Below, in pieces: positions 19,261-29,574 of a stretch of 64,000 nucleotides of DNA. This DNA comes from Kofleriaceae bacterium. GTDB taxonomy: Bacteria; Myxococcota_A; Polyangia; Haliangiales; Haliangiaceae. Both the position numbers and the translations under genes were made by a program. The stretch is from positions 185,848-249,847 of the forward strand of contig CBDCCZ010000049.1 of the NCBI GenBank assembly GCA_965215005.1, given 5' to 3'. The notes beneath the pieces are model-generated. The model was given only the letters and a program-made list of their open reading frames with translations, ran no database searches and was not told the origin of the DNA. Position 1 is the first letter of the stretch. Each line of letters starts with the position of its first letter.

Positions 19261-20562
19261 TCAGTCGCGGAAGGGGTCACGCAAGCGGATGGTCTGGTTG
19301 CGATCGGGACCGACGGAGATGAGATAAAACGGCACCCCAGTATGCTGGGTAATCGCGTCGACGTAGGCGCGGGCATTGCTCGGCAGATCGGCGAGCTCGC
19401 GGGCGCCGCTGAGGTCTTCGCTCCACCCCGGCCAGGTCGCGTAGATTGGCTCGACGCGGGCGATGTCGTCGGGGTCGTAGGGCATCTCGTCGAGCTCCTT
19501 GCCATCGAGGCGATAGCCGACACAGGCGGAGACTTCACCGCGACCGCCGAGGACGTCGAGCTTGGTGAGCGCTAGGCCGTGCATGCCGTTGACTCGGATC
19601 GCCAGCCGCAACGCCGGAAGATCCAGCCAGCCGCAGCGGCGCGGGCGACCGGTGGTGGCGCCAAACTCAGCACCAGCTTCACGCAAGCTCGCGCCTTCGG
19701 CGCCGCCGAGCTCCGTGGGAAACGGTCCGGCACCAACGCGGGTGGCGTAGGCCTTGGTGATGCCGATGACTCGATCGAGGTGCGAGGGGCCGATGCCCGT
19801 GCCCTGAGCAGCGCCCGCGGCCACCGTCGACGAGGAGGTCACGAACGGATACGTGCCGTGGTCGATGTCCAACAGGGCGCCCTGCGCGCCTTCAAACAAG
19901 ACCTTCTCACCCGCGGCGAGAGACTCGGCGAGATAGACGCCTACCTGGCCGAAGTAGCGCGACAATGCGGCGCCGGCCCGCGCTGCATCGTCGACCACAC
20001 GCGCTTCGTCGTCACTATCCGGCACCCGCCCACCGTAATGCGCGATCAGCGGCCGCAGCTCGGCAAGGTTTTGCGCCACCAGCGACGCCAGCCGGTCACG
20101 GCGCAGCAAGTCGCGCATGCGCACGCCCCGCCGCCCCGCCTTGGCCTCATACGCGGGGCCAATACCGCGACGCGTGGTTCCCAGCGCCGCGTCGGACGCA
20201 GCCTCTTCGCGCAGCGTCTCGATCCACTTGTGGTAGGGCAGAATGACGTGGGCGTTCTCGCTCACCAGCAACTCGTCGCTGGCCAGTAGACCGCGCGCTT
20301 TACAGGCTGCAATTTCCTCGAGCAGCGTCTGCGGATCGATCACCACGCCCGCGCCAAGAACGCAGCGCTTGCCGGGATGCAGCACGCCCGAAGGAATCAG
20401 GTGCGTGACCAGCTTCTGGCCGTCAATCACCAAGGTGTGGCCCGCGTTGGCGCCGCCACCGTAGCGGACCACGGCATCGGCGGCCTCGGTGTAGAGGTCG
20501 ACGACTTTGCCCTTGCCTTCGTCGCCCCATTGGGCGCCTACGACCACGACTGCGCTCATCAT
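19261..20562 (-). CDS. purA: Adenylosuccinate synthetase
   Basis: GAQWGDEGKGKVVD, GGANAGHT, FEGAQGALLDIDHGTYPFVTSS, GATTGRPRRCGWLD. Confidence 0.97.
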   Translation of the reverse strand: MMSAVVVVGAQWGDEGKGKVVDLYTEAADAVVRYGGGANAGHTLVIDGQKLVTHLIPSGVLHPGKRCVLGAGVVIDPQTLLEEIAACKARGLLASDELLVSENAHVILPYHKWIETLREEAASDAALGTTRRGIGPAYEAKAGRRGVRMRDLLRRDRLASLVAQNLAELRPLIAHYGGRVPDSDDEARVVDDAARAGAALSRYFGQVGVYLAESLAAGEKVLFEGAQGALLDIDHGTYPFVTSSSTVAAGAAQGTGIGPSHLDRVIGITKAYATRVGAGPFPTELGGAEGASLREAGAEFGATTGRPRRCGWLDLPALRLAIRVNGMHGLALTKLDVLGGRGEVSACVGYRLDGKELDEMPYDPDDIARVEPIYATWPGWSEDLSGARELADLPSNARAYVDAITQHTGVPFYLISVGPDRNQTIRLRDPFRD

Positions 20563-21908
20563 GCTCTCCTTGCCCGGCGCGCCGGCGCAAATCCCAGCGC
20601 GCGCAAAAGTTCGTCGGCTCGGCCCGCTCTGGCCTGAGCCAGCGCTCGCGCCGGTACCGCGGAGCCGTGGCCGATGCTCGCCTCGGTCTCGTCGATCGAT
20701 TCGATCTGAGACGCGTCGTCGGTGAGCACCAGCAAACGGGTGAATCCAACGCCGGCAGCATAGTCGCGCAGCGCCGCACGTGACTGCCGCGGCGCCAGGT
20801 CCATCGCGGCCCGCACCCCGCGGGCGCGCAGGGTCGCGGCCAAGCGCGCGGCTTCACTGCGACGCGCTGCGCTCGCCACCACCAACACCGCATCATCCCA
20901 CGCCGGTGCTGCCACACCAGCGCTGGCTTGCGCTTGCGCAATGGCTTCGACGTCGACGGCAAAGCCGGTGGCGCGGGCGTCGCGACCGTACCGGCCGACC
21001 AGCTCATCGTAGCGCCCGCCGCGCAGCACCGCTTCGCCCACGCCGGCCGCATAACCGGCAAAGCGAAGCCCGGTGTAGTAATCGAAGCCGCGGATTTCGC
21101 CGAGGTCCATGGTGATGCCGGCGTGAGACTCGCCGAGCCCCAGCTCGCGACTCGCTTGCAGCACCTTCTCGACGCTGCGCAGGACCTTGCCGACCTCCGC
21201 GGGCACCGGCAGCGCCAGCGCCGCCGCCAGGACCTCGTCGGGCTCGCCAAACAAGGTGGGCAACGCTTCGAGGACGCGGCACAACCGGGGCTCGAGGCCG
21301 CGCGCCGCGCGCACCACGCCGGCACGGTCTTTCTTGCCAAGCGATTCTTCGAGATGCTCGCGCTGCTCGCCCGCCGGCACCGCGTCGAGCACCCAACGCG
21401 CCAAGGCGACATGACCAACATCGAGCCGCACCTCGTGCACGCCGATGGTGGCGAGCGCCGCGGCCGCTAGCGACAGGACCTCGGCATCGCCAGCGGGGCT
21501 CGGAGCGTCGATGAGCTCGACCCCGGCCTGGAGGATCTCACGTTGGCCGCGGGCGCCGGCCATGCGAGTCACGGCACCTTCGTAACAGAGCCGCAGCGGA
21601 CCACCGGTATCGTGCATGCGGGTGGCCGCGACCCGCGCGATCTGCGGCGTGATGTCGGGCCGCAGCGCGACGATGTCGCCAGTGCCGGGCTCGACGAAGC
21701 GGATCGCCGCGGCGCGCGCGTCGGCGCCAAGTCCGCGCTCGAGGACATCCGCGCATTCAAAGACTGGGGTGATGATGCGCGCATACCCCCACGCTTCGAA
21801 CTCTTCGATGAGCCGCCCGGCGATGGCACGACGACGCGCGGCAGCGCGCGGGAGAAAATCGCGCACGCCAGAGGGCAGACGAATCGCAGGCGTCGGGGGC
21901 AAGGACAT
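20559..21908 (-). CDS. hisZ: ATP phosphoribosyltransferase regulatory subunit (HisRS-like)
   Basis: LPSGVRDFLP, LRPDITPQIAR, QAGVELI, DLGEIRGFDYYTG, GGRYDEL; hisZ-purA adjacency is common. Start uncertain (21908 or 21983). Confidence 0.88.
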   Translation of the reverse strand: MSLPPTPAIRLPSGVRDFLPRAAARRRAIAGRLIEEFEAWGYARIITPVFECADVLERGLGADARAAAIRFVEPGTGDIVALRPDITPQIARVAATRMHDTGGPLRLCYEGAVTRMAGARGQREILQAGVELIDAPSPAGDAEVLSLAAAALATIGVHEVRLDVGHVALARWVLDAVPAGEQREHLEESLGKKDRAGVVRAARGLEPRLCRVLEALPTLFGEPDEVLAAALALPVPAEVGKVLRSVEKVLQASRELGLGESHAGITMDLGEIRGFDYYTGLRFAGYAAGVGEAVLRGGRYDELVGRYGRDARATGFAVDVEAIAQAQASAGVAAPAWDDAVLVVASAARRSEAARLAATLRARGVRAAMDLAPRQSRAALRDYAAGVGFTRLLVLTDDASQIESIDETEASIGHGSAVPARALAQARAGRADELLRALGFAPARRARRA

Positions 21909-21979
21909 CGGGGGCACTCTAGCGTAGGTACCGACGAGAAGGGTCGCAGGCGGGCCCGCGGCGGACCGAGCCGGCGGAT

Positions 21980-22756
21980 TCACAGCGGCGATGGAACATC
22001 GACATAGCGAACATCCAGACCGCGGAAGTGCCGCTGGAGCTCCGTTGCGAGCCGCTTTGGTCCGAAAACCTCGGTGTTGTAGTGACCCGCGGCCACCAAC
22101 GAGATACCGAGCTCACGCGCGAGCTCACCGGCGCGTTCCGCGAGCTCACCGGTGACGAACAAATCGCAGCCCGCGCGAGCCGCGTCTTCCAGGAGATCGG
22201 CAGCCGCACCGGTACAGACCCCAACCTTGCGCACCTCGGCCGGACCGTAGGGAAAGACGAAGGCCGGCGCGCTGCCATTGCAGACGCCCAAGCCGACGCG
22301 TTCTATCGCCTCGGCGCGACGTATCGGCTGCGACCAGCTGCCCGCCCAGCCAAGCTCGATCCCTTTGACATTGCCAAAGGTATGCCGCGCAGGACCAAGG
22401 CCGAGCGCATCGCACAGGCCGACGTTGTTGCCGAGTCGCGGGTGCGCATCGAGCGGCAAGTGGTACGCGGCCAGCGACATGCCGTGGCTCATGAGCGCCG
22501 CAATGCGTCGCGCGCTCACCCCGGTGATCGAGGTCAGACCAGAGCCCCAAATCAGCCCGTGATGGACCACCAGGAGGTCCGCCGACTGCGCGATGGCGCG
22601 CTCGATGAGCGCACCGCTCACGGACACCGCGGTGATCACTCGCTCGACCGGCGCTCGACCCTCTACCTGGAGCCCATTGGTGCCGTAATCGCGAAACGAA
22701 GCGATTGCAAGCGTATCGTCCAGATGCGCGAGGACCTCCGCGAGAGCGACGGTCAC
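21980..22756 (-). CDS. Nif3-like dinuclear metal centre hexameric protein (YbgI family)
   Basis: DYGTNGLQVEG, LLVVHHGLIW, YHLPLDAHP, GHYNTE. Confidence 0.92.
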   Translation of the reverse strand: MTVALAEVLAHLDDTLAIASFRDYGTNGLQVEGRAPVERVITAVSVSGALIERAIAQSADLLVVHHGLIWGSGLTSITGVSARRIAALMSHGMSLAAYHLPLDAHPRLGNNVGLCDALGLGPARHTFGNVKGIELGWAGSWSQPIRRAEAIERVGLGVCNGSAPAFVFPYGPAEVRKVGVCTGAAADLLEDAARAGCDLFVTGELAERAGELARELGISLVAAGHYNTEVFGPKRLATELQRHFRGLDVRYVDVPSPL

Positions 22757-22856
22757 GCTGGCGACCTTACGGGCATATCGGCCGGTTTTCGCAAGATCGC
22801 TCTAGCCTGTCAAGACGATGGTTGGCCCGCGACAGACGCTGCGCAAAGGGCCATTT

Positions 22857-23816
22857 TCACGGCTGCTCGGTCGCCTCGGGACTTCCGACGGCGGCGCTGC
22901 CGTCGTTTGCGGGAGCCAAGCGATCGCGAAACGCTATCAGCCCGCGCGCCATCACCGCCAAGAATCCCTGCGCCATGTCGACGTTGTCCTCCAGCACGTC
23001 GACGAGAGTCTCCTGATCGAGCTCGATGGCAACCACGTCGGTCTCGCAGCGGGCGGTGTACCAGCGCTGCTCTCCAGCGAGCGAATCGAGGCCGCCAACG
23101 CCACTGCCGGGCCCAAAGCGTATCTCCTGCGCTTCGTTCCGGCCGAGAATGACGCCGCTCACGATGCTCAGAAACCTCTCTGAGCGCTCCCCCTGCTGCC
23201 ACAGCAGCGTTCCCGCCGGCGCGCGCCGCACCGTCGCCGCGCTGGCGAGCTCAGCGATGGCTTCGATGCGGGCGCCCGCGAAGTTGAAGCTCTGCCGCAG
23301 GTGCTCGAGCCGCTCGACTAGGGTGAGCTCACCGAGCACCGGCGTGCGCTCTGGGATGGTGGGGTCAAAGCCCGCGTGCGGCCCGGCGTTCTTGCGCACC
23401 GTGATGAGCTGCCGCGCCACCGCGCGCAGAACTCCCAGCAGCATGTCGAAGTTGTCTTCGTAGACCTCGGCGAGGTCGCCGCTCGAGGCGCGCAGCCCGT
23501 GAACATCCTCGAGCGCGACCGCCTGCTGCCCGTCGCTGATTCGCGCCATGCTCGCCAAGCCGCCAATCACAGAGCGCCCTGCCAGCGTCGCCACCACCCG
23601 CCCCTGGCGCCGCAGCTCCACCACCCCTTGCAAGACGTAGTGAACCGTCGTGACCTGCTCGCCTTCGGCATAGATCTCGGTACCGGCCGGATAAAACACA
23701 TCCACGGTGTGCTCAGCAAGCGAGGCGATGGTCTCGGGCGCGGTGCCCTCGAGCGCTTCGAAGCCCTTGAGAAGCGCTATCTTCTCGAGCAAGTGGCGCG
23801 CCGGCTCAGGTGGCAT
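22857..23816 (-). CDS. Protein with two cyclic-nucleotide-binding (Crp-like) domains
   Basis: Two repeats of the pattern YPAGTEIYAEGE...YVLQGVVEL and APAGTLLWQQGE...IVSGVI...RWYTARCETD; no HTH; overlaps the upstream gene end. Confidence 0.8.
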   Translation of the reverse strand: MPPEPARHLLEKIALLKGFEALEGTAPETIASLAEHTVDVFYPAGTEIYAEGEQVTTVHYVLQGVVELRRQGRVVATLAGRSVIGGLASMARISDGQQAVALEDVHGLRASSGDLAEVYEDNFDMLLGVLRAVARQLITVRKNAGPHAGFDPTIPERTPVLGELTLVERLEHLRQSFNFAGARIEAIAELASAATVRRAPAGTLLWQQGERSERFLSIVSGVILGRNEAQEIRFGPGSGVGGLDSLAGEQRWYTARCETDVVAIELDQETLVDVLEDNVDMAQGFLAVMARGLIAFRDRLAPANDGSAAVGSPEATEQP

Positions 23817-26547
23817 GCGCGAGCTCCGCGGTGCCGGCAAGACGCCGCAGCGCGCTGCTCACCGCTTCCGCGATCAGCCCACTGCGCTCGGGCTCGAGCG
23901 CTTCGAGGTCCGCCTGCAGCTCGCGCAGATCGAGCTCGGCAATGTGATGGGCAGCCAGACTTGGCAACGTCTCACCACCTTCGCGCAACATGGCGCGCAG
24001 CTGCCCGGCGTAGGTTTCGCTTGGCGGCGCAAAGAACGGCCGCGACGCCCGTATCCGCTCCGCATCCGGCGCCGAGGAAACCAGCGCCAACAGTGGCTCA
24101 CGCAGCGGCGCTGCCACCAAGTATTCGATGAGCTCCAGGCTCGAGGCCCGCGACTTGCTGTCGGCGTGGACGAACAAGCCGACGTGGATCTGGCGGAAAT
24201 TTTCGCTGGGATGCAGCAGCCCGAGCATGCGGAATACCCGCTCGAGGCAACTCTGCTCTTGTTCGCGAAGCAGGTTGGCGATCAGCGCCGCGGTGGACGT
24301 AGCGCGGGCGCTGGCCGCCGCGAGCTCCACCTCGATCGCGAGGCGCCACGATAGCAGCCGAATCGCGCGCCGCAGGGTGGCGGCGGCGACCTCGGCGATG
24401 AGCGCCCGATCGATGGGAACCTCGGGATTATCGGCCACCATACGGCCGAGACCGCGGAGGATTTTGTACACGATGCGGCCATCGAGCTCATCGCGCAGAC
24501 GCGACTGGAGAATGTGAACCGCGCGCGGCTGGAGAAACTTGCTGATGGTTCGCGGCAAGTGGCGCCTGAGCGGCGCCGGCAGCGTGGGATCGGCCAGCGC
24601 GTCTTCGAGAACGTCGAGTGCCGGATAGCCGATCGCGAGGAGCGCGCGACGAGCATCGTGCCGCGTGTGGCGATGCGCCAGCATCGGCAACAGCCGCGGC
24701 ACCAGCGTTGGGCTGGGATGGCGCGCGATGGCACGCGCGACCTCGGCTTGCACCTCGAGCTCGGGCGCCACCGACAAGCGCCTGAGCGCGGCGACGAAGC
24801 GGCCATCCCCGGCGCTGCCGATGGCGCGCGCCAGCGCCAATCGGGTGCGACCGCAGTCACCTGCCGAGATACGGTCGACGAGCGCGTCGACCTCCGAGGC
24901 CGGTGCATACCCCCGTCGCGCCAGCGCCACCAACGCCGTACACCGTACCAGCGGCTGCGGGTCGTCGAGGGCCGCGCGTAGCAGCGACTCGTCGGGATCG
25001 CCCTCGGCGATTGCTTTGAGCGCCGCGGCGCGTATGTCTGGGTCGAGCGAGCCCAGCAGGGTGTTGGCGATAGGCCAGAAATCCGTCCTTCCAGCGCCGC
25101 TGAGGATGTCGAGGGCGCGAACCACCACCGCGCGCGAGGGATGGTAGAGGATCAGCGCTGGAATGACGGCAACGCGACCAGCGACCTCGAGAAGCTCGAG
25201 GGCGTTGCAGACCAAAGCTTCTTCGCTGCTGTTGAGCGCCGCGAGCAGCGCTTCGAGCGAGCGCAAGTCCAGCGGCGGCATCGCCTGGCGGGTTTCGATG
25301 ACGCCTTCGCGAAGCTGCGCGCGAAACAGCTCGAGGTAGTGACGCTCTAGCGCCGCGGCAATCGCCAGCCACACCAGCGCGAGCAGCACCACCGCGATGG
25401 CCAAGTGCACCGGCTCGGCGCCCCATGCGCCGGCGGCGAGCACCGCAAGGGCAGCAAACGCCTGGCCTACGCGAGCCCCGGCGCCGTCGACTAGCGTCTT
25501 AGCGGCAACGCGTTGCTCGCTGTGCAACGGCAGATACAAGAGCTCCGAGCTCGTCCGATGCAGAGAGTGGCGCAAGCCGCCATCGAAGGCCTTCATCGCC
25601 AGCACCGGCAGCAGCATTGCCGTGACGGCGAAGGCGCCAGCGCTCATCGCGAGCAACGCCGGCAAGACGAGCAGCGTGCGACTCACCCCGAGCGAGCGCA
25701 ACAGTCGCGAGGCCAGTAGCAGCTGCACCAAGAGCGCCGCGCCGTTGGTAAACGCGTAAAAGGTGGCGAATAGCTCTCCCAGCTCGGCGGGCGCGACGGT
25801 CTCGGCGACGACGGTCTTGAACACCAAGTCGGCAGCGGTGACGGTGACCGCAGTGATGAGCACCAGCGCGAGCAATCGGCCGATGTACGGATCGCGCAGC
25901 ACGACGGCAGCGCGCCGGCTCTTCGGTGCGGGGCGGCGGTTGAGAGGCTGCTCGCTGCCCGCGCTGAGCGCCAACGGTAGCAACGCGACCAACGCCAACA
26001 GAATCGCGCCAATGAGCACCAAGGCGGTTGGCGCGACGAGTTGCAGCGCTACGCCAGCGCCCGCTGCGCCGAGCATGGCACCCGCGACGCCGCCAGCGCC
26101 AATGATAGAGAACGCGCGCTTGGCGCGGGCAACGTCGAAGCGCGCGCCAAGGAGGATCCAGAACTGGCTGACCACGATGGTCGCCACCAGCCCGGTCCAC
26201 ACGTAAAAGACGTAGAGCATCGCGTGGCTGGCTTCGGGCGCCAACGCCGTGAGGCTGAGCCAAATCGCGGCGGTCACCGCGGCGGCACCGAGCAGGGTGA
26301 GGGTCAAGGTTCGCCGCGCCAGCGATCGCGCCAGCGAGGCATCAGCGGCGCGCACCACGAGCAGCGTGAGCACCGCGATCGCCAGGTACACCCACGGCAG
26401 CTGCGAAGCCGGCAGTCGCGAGAGAAACAACGTGTCGCGCGCGGTCTCGAGCATCGAGTGCGCAGCCAACGTACCGGTGAGGGTGGCGACCGCCACCGCC
26501 ACGTCGCGCCGCTCCCCGCTGGCGATGACCTCACGCGCCCGCGACAT
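23806..26547 (-). CDS. NTT/Npt (ATP/ADP translocase-like) MFS transporter fused to HEAT repeats
   Basis: ETARDTLFLSRLPASQLPWVY, SQFWILL...FDVARAKRAF, LRHSLHRTSSELLYLPL; C-terminal HEAT-like helices (DPDIRAAALKAI, DPQPLVRCTALVAL). Confidence 0.8.
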   Translation of the reverse strand: MSRAREVIASGERRDVAVAVATLTGTLAAHSMLETARDTLFLSRLPASQLPWVYLAIAVLTLLVVRAADASLARSLARRTLTLTLLGAAAVTAAIWLSLTALAPEASHAMLYVFYVWTGLVATIVVSQFWILLGARFDVARAKRAFSIIGAGGVAGAMLGAAGAGVALQLVAPTALVLIGAILLALVALLPLALSAGSEQPLNRRPAPKSRRAAVVLRDPYIGRLLALVLITAVTVTAADLVFKTVVAETVAPAELGELFATFYAFTNGAALLVQLLLASRLLRSLGVSRTLLVLPALLAMSAGAFAVTAMLLPVLAMKAFDGGLRHSLHRTSSELLYLPLHSEQRVAAKTLVDGAGARVGQAFAALAVLAAGAWGAEPVHLAIAVVLLALVWLAIAAALERHYLELFRAQLREGVIETRQAMPPLDLRSLEALLAALNSSEEALVCNALELLEVAGRVAVIPALILYHPSRAVVVRALDILSGAGRTDFWPIANTLLGSLDPDIRAAALKAIAEGDPDESLLRAALDDPQPLVRCTALVALARRGYAPASEVDALVDRISAGDCGRTRLALARAIGSAGDGRFVAALRRLSVAPELEVQAEVARAIARHPSPTLVPRLLPMLAHRHTRHDARRALLAIGYPALDVLEDALADPTLPAPLRRHLPRTISKFLQPRAVHILQSRLRDELDGRIVYKILRGLGRMVADNPEVPIDRALIAEVAAATLRRAIRLLSWRLAIEVELAAASARATSTAALIANLLREQEQSCLERVFRMLGLLHPSENFRQIHVGLFVHADSKSRASSLELIEYLVAAPLREPLLALVSSAPDAERIRASRPFFAPPSETYAGQLRAMLREGGETLPSLAAHHIAELDLRELQADLEALEPERSGLIAEAVSSALRRLAGTAELAHAT

Positions 26548-26640
26548 GCTGCGATTTGTAGCACGCGGTGCGCAGCGCAGGACCTAGCCTATGGAGCAGG
26601 CGATGGCGGTCGCTGCGCCGCGGTGGCAACGACGAAGCGG

Positions 26641-27468
26641 CTACGGGCCGGCGTCAGCCATGTCCCCGGCCGGGTCGCAACCGGGCACGGAGCTGTCGAG
26701 AGCAGCGGTTTGGGTGCCGAGGCTTTCGCTCGAGTTCCCGCCCGCGACGGTGAAGAGAACTGTGGACGCGTAGCACGCCAGCCCCTCGGTGAACGCGGTC
26801 AAACGCAGCTGGTAAGGACCGGAGGGCACGCCAGTGACGGTGATGGTTTGGGTGGAATCGATGCAGCGAAAGCGGGTTTGGCAGTCGACGGTATAGGTGT
26901 CGGCGCCATCGACGGCGAAGTCAGCGGGCACGCAGTCGTCGTTGGCGTTGCGCAGCTCGAACAACACCTCGTCTACGCCCGCGCCACCGGCATCGGCCGC
27001 CGCGCAGGTGGGCCTCTCGTCGCTCACGTCAAACGAGAACTCGAAGCTGCCGCGCGCCGCGACCTCGAACATCACTTGGCCGAGCGACTTGCTGGTGCCG
27101 CGCACAATCTCGACCTGCCGCTGCACCACCGGGGCGCCGAGGGTGCGATTGCCGGAGGCGCGCAGCTCGAGTGTCACGTCGTAGAGGCCCGCAGCGAAAC
27201 CACGCGTGGTTGCGCCGGCGCTCGTGCACGGCAGCGAGTCGATGGTTGCAAAGCCGCCCACCACGGGCAACGCGCTCACGCGCACCACCGTGGCACCAAC
27301 CTCGGCGCATGACACGACGCGGTCGCCGTCGCGAATCTCCCACGACAGCTCGAGCGTTCCTTCGGCAGTCGGCGCATCGACGCCGGCGTCGCCACCACCG
27401 CCGCCGTCTCCGCACGAAAGCAGTGTAGCGAACGCAATGACTACGACGGATGGAAAGACTCGACTCAT
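26641..27468 (-). CDS. Hypothetical Cys-rich lipoprotein with two beta-sandwich-like halves
   Basis: Lipobox LLSC, GTLELSWEI...SCAEVGA and GSFEFSFDV...TCAAA repeated halves. Confidence 0.65.
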   Translation of the reverse strand: MSRVFPSVVVIAFATLLSCGDGGGGGDAGVDAPTAEGTLELSWEIRDGDRVVSCAEVGATVVRVSALPVVGGFATIDSLPCTSAGATTRGFAAGLYDVTLELRASGNRTLGAPVVQRQVEIVRGTSKSLGQVMFEVAARGSFEFSFDVSDERPTCAAADAGGAGVDEVLFELRNANDDCVPADFAVDGADTYTVDCQTRFRCIDSTQTITVTGVPSGPYQLRLTAFTEGLACYASTVLFTVAGGNSSESLGTQTAALDSSVPGCDPAGDMADAGP

Positions 27469-27605
27469 GATCGCCTCGGGCATAGTGACCTGCCCATGGT
27501 AACGCATCGGCCAAGCAGCGCGCGTAGCGATCGATCGCGACGCGATGGTAGGCTTGGCAAGAGACGCGCGCGCCATCGCGTGCTGCGCTCAAGCTTGGGG
27601 GTTGA

Positions 27606-28115
27606 ATGTCCGACGCTGCGCTCACCCAAACTCCGCGCCTCAGCACCACGGTGCGCCTCGCCGTGGCCGCTGATTGCGCCGCCATCGCGACGCTGATCAA
27701 TCGCGCTTACGAGGTCGAGAAGTTCTTCGCGCCGGGGCTGCGCACCAACATAGCGGAGGTAACCGAGCTCCTCGAGCGCGGCGCGTTCCTCGTGCTCGAC
27801 CGCCTCGACCGCTCCCTCGCCGCGGTGATTTACGTAGAACCGCACGCGCCGCTCGGCTACTTCGGCATGCTCTCGGTATCGCCCGAGCATCAGGGCGCAG
27901 GCCTCGGCCGCCGGCTCGTCGCCGTGGCCGAAGCGCTGTGCATGGCGCGCGGATGTCGCGACATGGAGCTTCTGGTCGTGAACCTGCGCACCGAGCTGCC
28001 GCCTTGGTATCGCAGCTTGGGCTATACCGAGACCGGCACCAAGCCGTGGTCCAAGGATGAGCTCAGCAGCCAGCCTTGCCATTTCATCCGCATGAGCAAG
28101 AGCCTGGCTGCGTAG
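27606..28115 (+). CDS. GNAT family N-acetyltransferase
   Basis: FGMLSVSPEHQGAGLGRRLV acetyl-CoA motif A; WYRSLGY. Confidence 0.9.
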   Translation: MSDAALTQTPRLSTTVRLAVAADCAAIATLINRAYEVEKFFAPGLRTNIAEVTELLERGAFLVLDRLDRSLAAVIYVEPHAPLGYFGMLSVSPEHQGAGLGRRLVAVAEALCMARGCRDMELLVVNLRTELPPWYRSLGYTETGTKPWSKDELSSQPCHFIRMSKSLAA

Positions 28116-28120
28116 CGCGG

Positions 28121-29224
28121 TTACGGGCAGCCGGCCGTCGAGCGCGCGCGCACCGTCGCGCCGTCGCCAACGTCGGCGCCGAAGAAGCGCTGCATCGCGG
28201 TATTGCCGCGCAGGTGCGTCTCGAGGAACGCCACGGTCACGCGCCTGGTGATGCGCCGCGTTGCTGCGTCGTCGACGGTGCCCATTGAACAGAGCCCACA
28301 CGCGTCGCACGTTGCACGATCATCGACCCAATCCATGTGGTCGGCATCGGCGATGGTGACCTCCACAGCCGAAGGCGCCGCGCACGCGGTCTGGAAGTAC
28401 TGCTGGTAGTTCTCGGCGAGCGGCGCGCATGGCATGAATCCGCCGCGGCCGTCCAAGGTCTCGCCGAGCACCGCGAGCGGCACCGTGAGCCCCTCCATGA
28501 GCTCCGGCGACACCGATGGTGAGCCATTGTTTAGTGGAGGCTTGGCGTCCACGGGATCCCAGCCGACCACGGCGCCGATTCGCGAGTCGAGAATCGCAGC
28601 CAAAATACTGACCTTGCCACCCAAAGAATGGCCCGCCGTGGCGATCGCTGCAGCATCGATGCGCGCCGCCAAACCACTGTCACTGCCGAGCGCCCAATCG
28701 ATGAGCGCCAACGTGCGTTCGGCGAGCACGCGGTGGTTCACGGGACTGAAGATGTTGCCGGGCAAGGTTTGGACGATCGCCACGTAGCCCCAGCTCGCGA
28801 GATGCTCGCACATGCTGCGGTACTGGCTGCGCTCGATCATGAAGCCGGGCGATGCCACCACCATGGGCCATGGACCGGGGGCCGCGGTGGCGCCCCCGTC
28901 TGACGAGGGCGAGCACACCGTCACCGTCGCCTGATCAGTGCCGAGGGCAACGGTGCGGTCTTCGGTTTGCGACGCATAGCGGCCGGGTTCCGCCGGATCG
29001 ATGGCCTCCCCCGGATTTGGCGGCTGCTGCCCGGCGTCGCCCGACCCGGTGCCGCCGTCGACGGTGGCCGCGCCACCGTCCGCCAACGCCCCGCCGTCAG
29101 CCGTAACGTCACCGCTATCGGTGCTCGCTCCACTGTCAGCCTCAGTCCCTCCGGAGTCGCTAGTGCACCCCGCCAAGGTCAATGCGCCAAACATGGCCGC
29201 CAATACGAAGGTGTTCTTGTTCAT
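28121..29224 (-). CDS. Lipoprotein alpha/beta hydrolase (chlorophyllase/cutinase-like)
   Basis: Lipobox LAGC; SPGF, HLASWGY, nucleophile elbow GHSLGG, DPVD, ADHMDWVD; GGAGA RBS before ATG 29224. Confidence 0.8.
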   Translation of the reverse strand: MNKNTFVLAAMFGALTLAGCTSDSGGTEADSGASTDSGDVTADGGALADGGAATVDGGTGSGDAGQQPPNPGEAIDPAEPGRYASQTEDRTVALGTDQATVTVCSPSSDGGATAAPGPWPMVVASPGFMIERSQYRSMCEHLASWGYVAIVQTLPGNIFSPVNHRVLAERTLALIDWALGSDSGLAARIDAAAIATAGHSLGGKVSILAAILDSRIGAVVGWDPVDAKPPLNNGSPSVSPELMEGLTVPLAVLGETLDGRGGFMPCAPLAENYQQYFQTACAAPSAVEVTIADADHMDWVDDRATCDACGLCSMGTVDDAATRRITRRVTVAFLETHLRGNTAMQRFFGADVGDGATVRARSTAGCP

Positions 29225-29272
29225 TATCTCTCCCGATCGCAGCCGAGCGCTTGCAACCGAGGTTGCGAGCGA

Positions 29273-29545
29273 GGGCATGGCTGAGCCGCTTTGGCTCGCT
29301 GGTTAGCTGGAGATGTCGCCGCTCGCCAAGCGAGGTGGCCTGGCGGGCGATGTCTTCGAGGCTCATGGGCGGCAGACTGGCCCCCTCGAGCACGCGACGA
29401 CGAAACAGCTCGATCTCCACACGGACCAGAGTGCGTACAGCAGCCACATACGGCTCAAGGATCGGCATCGGAAATAGCTCGCCCATGCCGTTGCTCAAAC
29501 TTGCGAGATGACCTCGAGCACCTCGAGCTCGGCGCCGCGATAGAC
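29273..29545 (-). pseudogene. Degenerate duplicate of the 3' end of the MerR-family gene (direct repeat of 32682-33047)
   Basis: Near-identical to 32682-33047 by eye, with a 92-bp deletion (equivalent to 32730-32821), a 1-bp indel and scattered substitutions. Confidence 0.92.
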
Positions 29546-29574
29546 ATGTTCCTCTATCTAAGCGTCCCGTTTGC

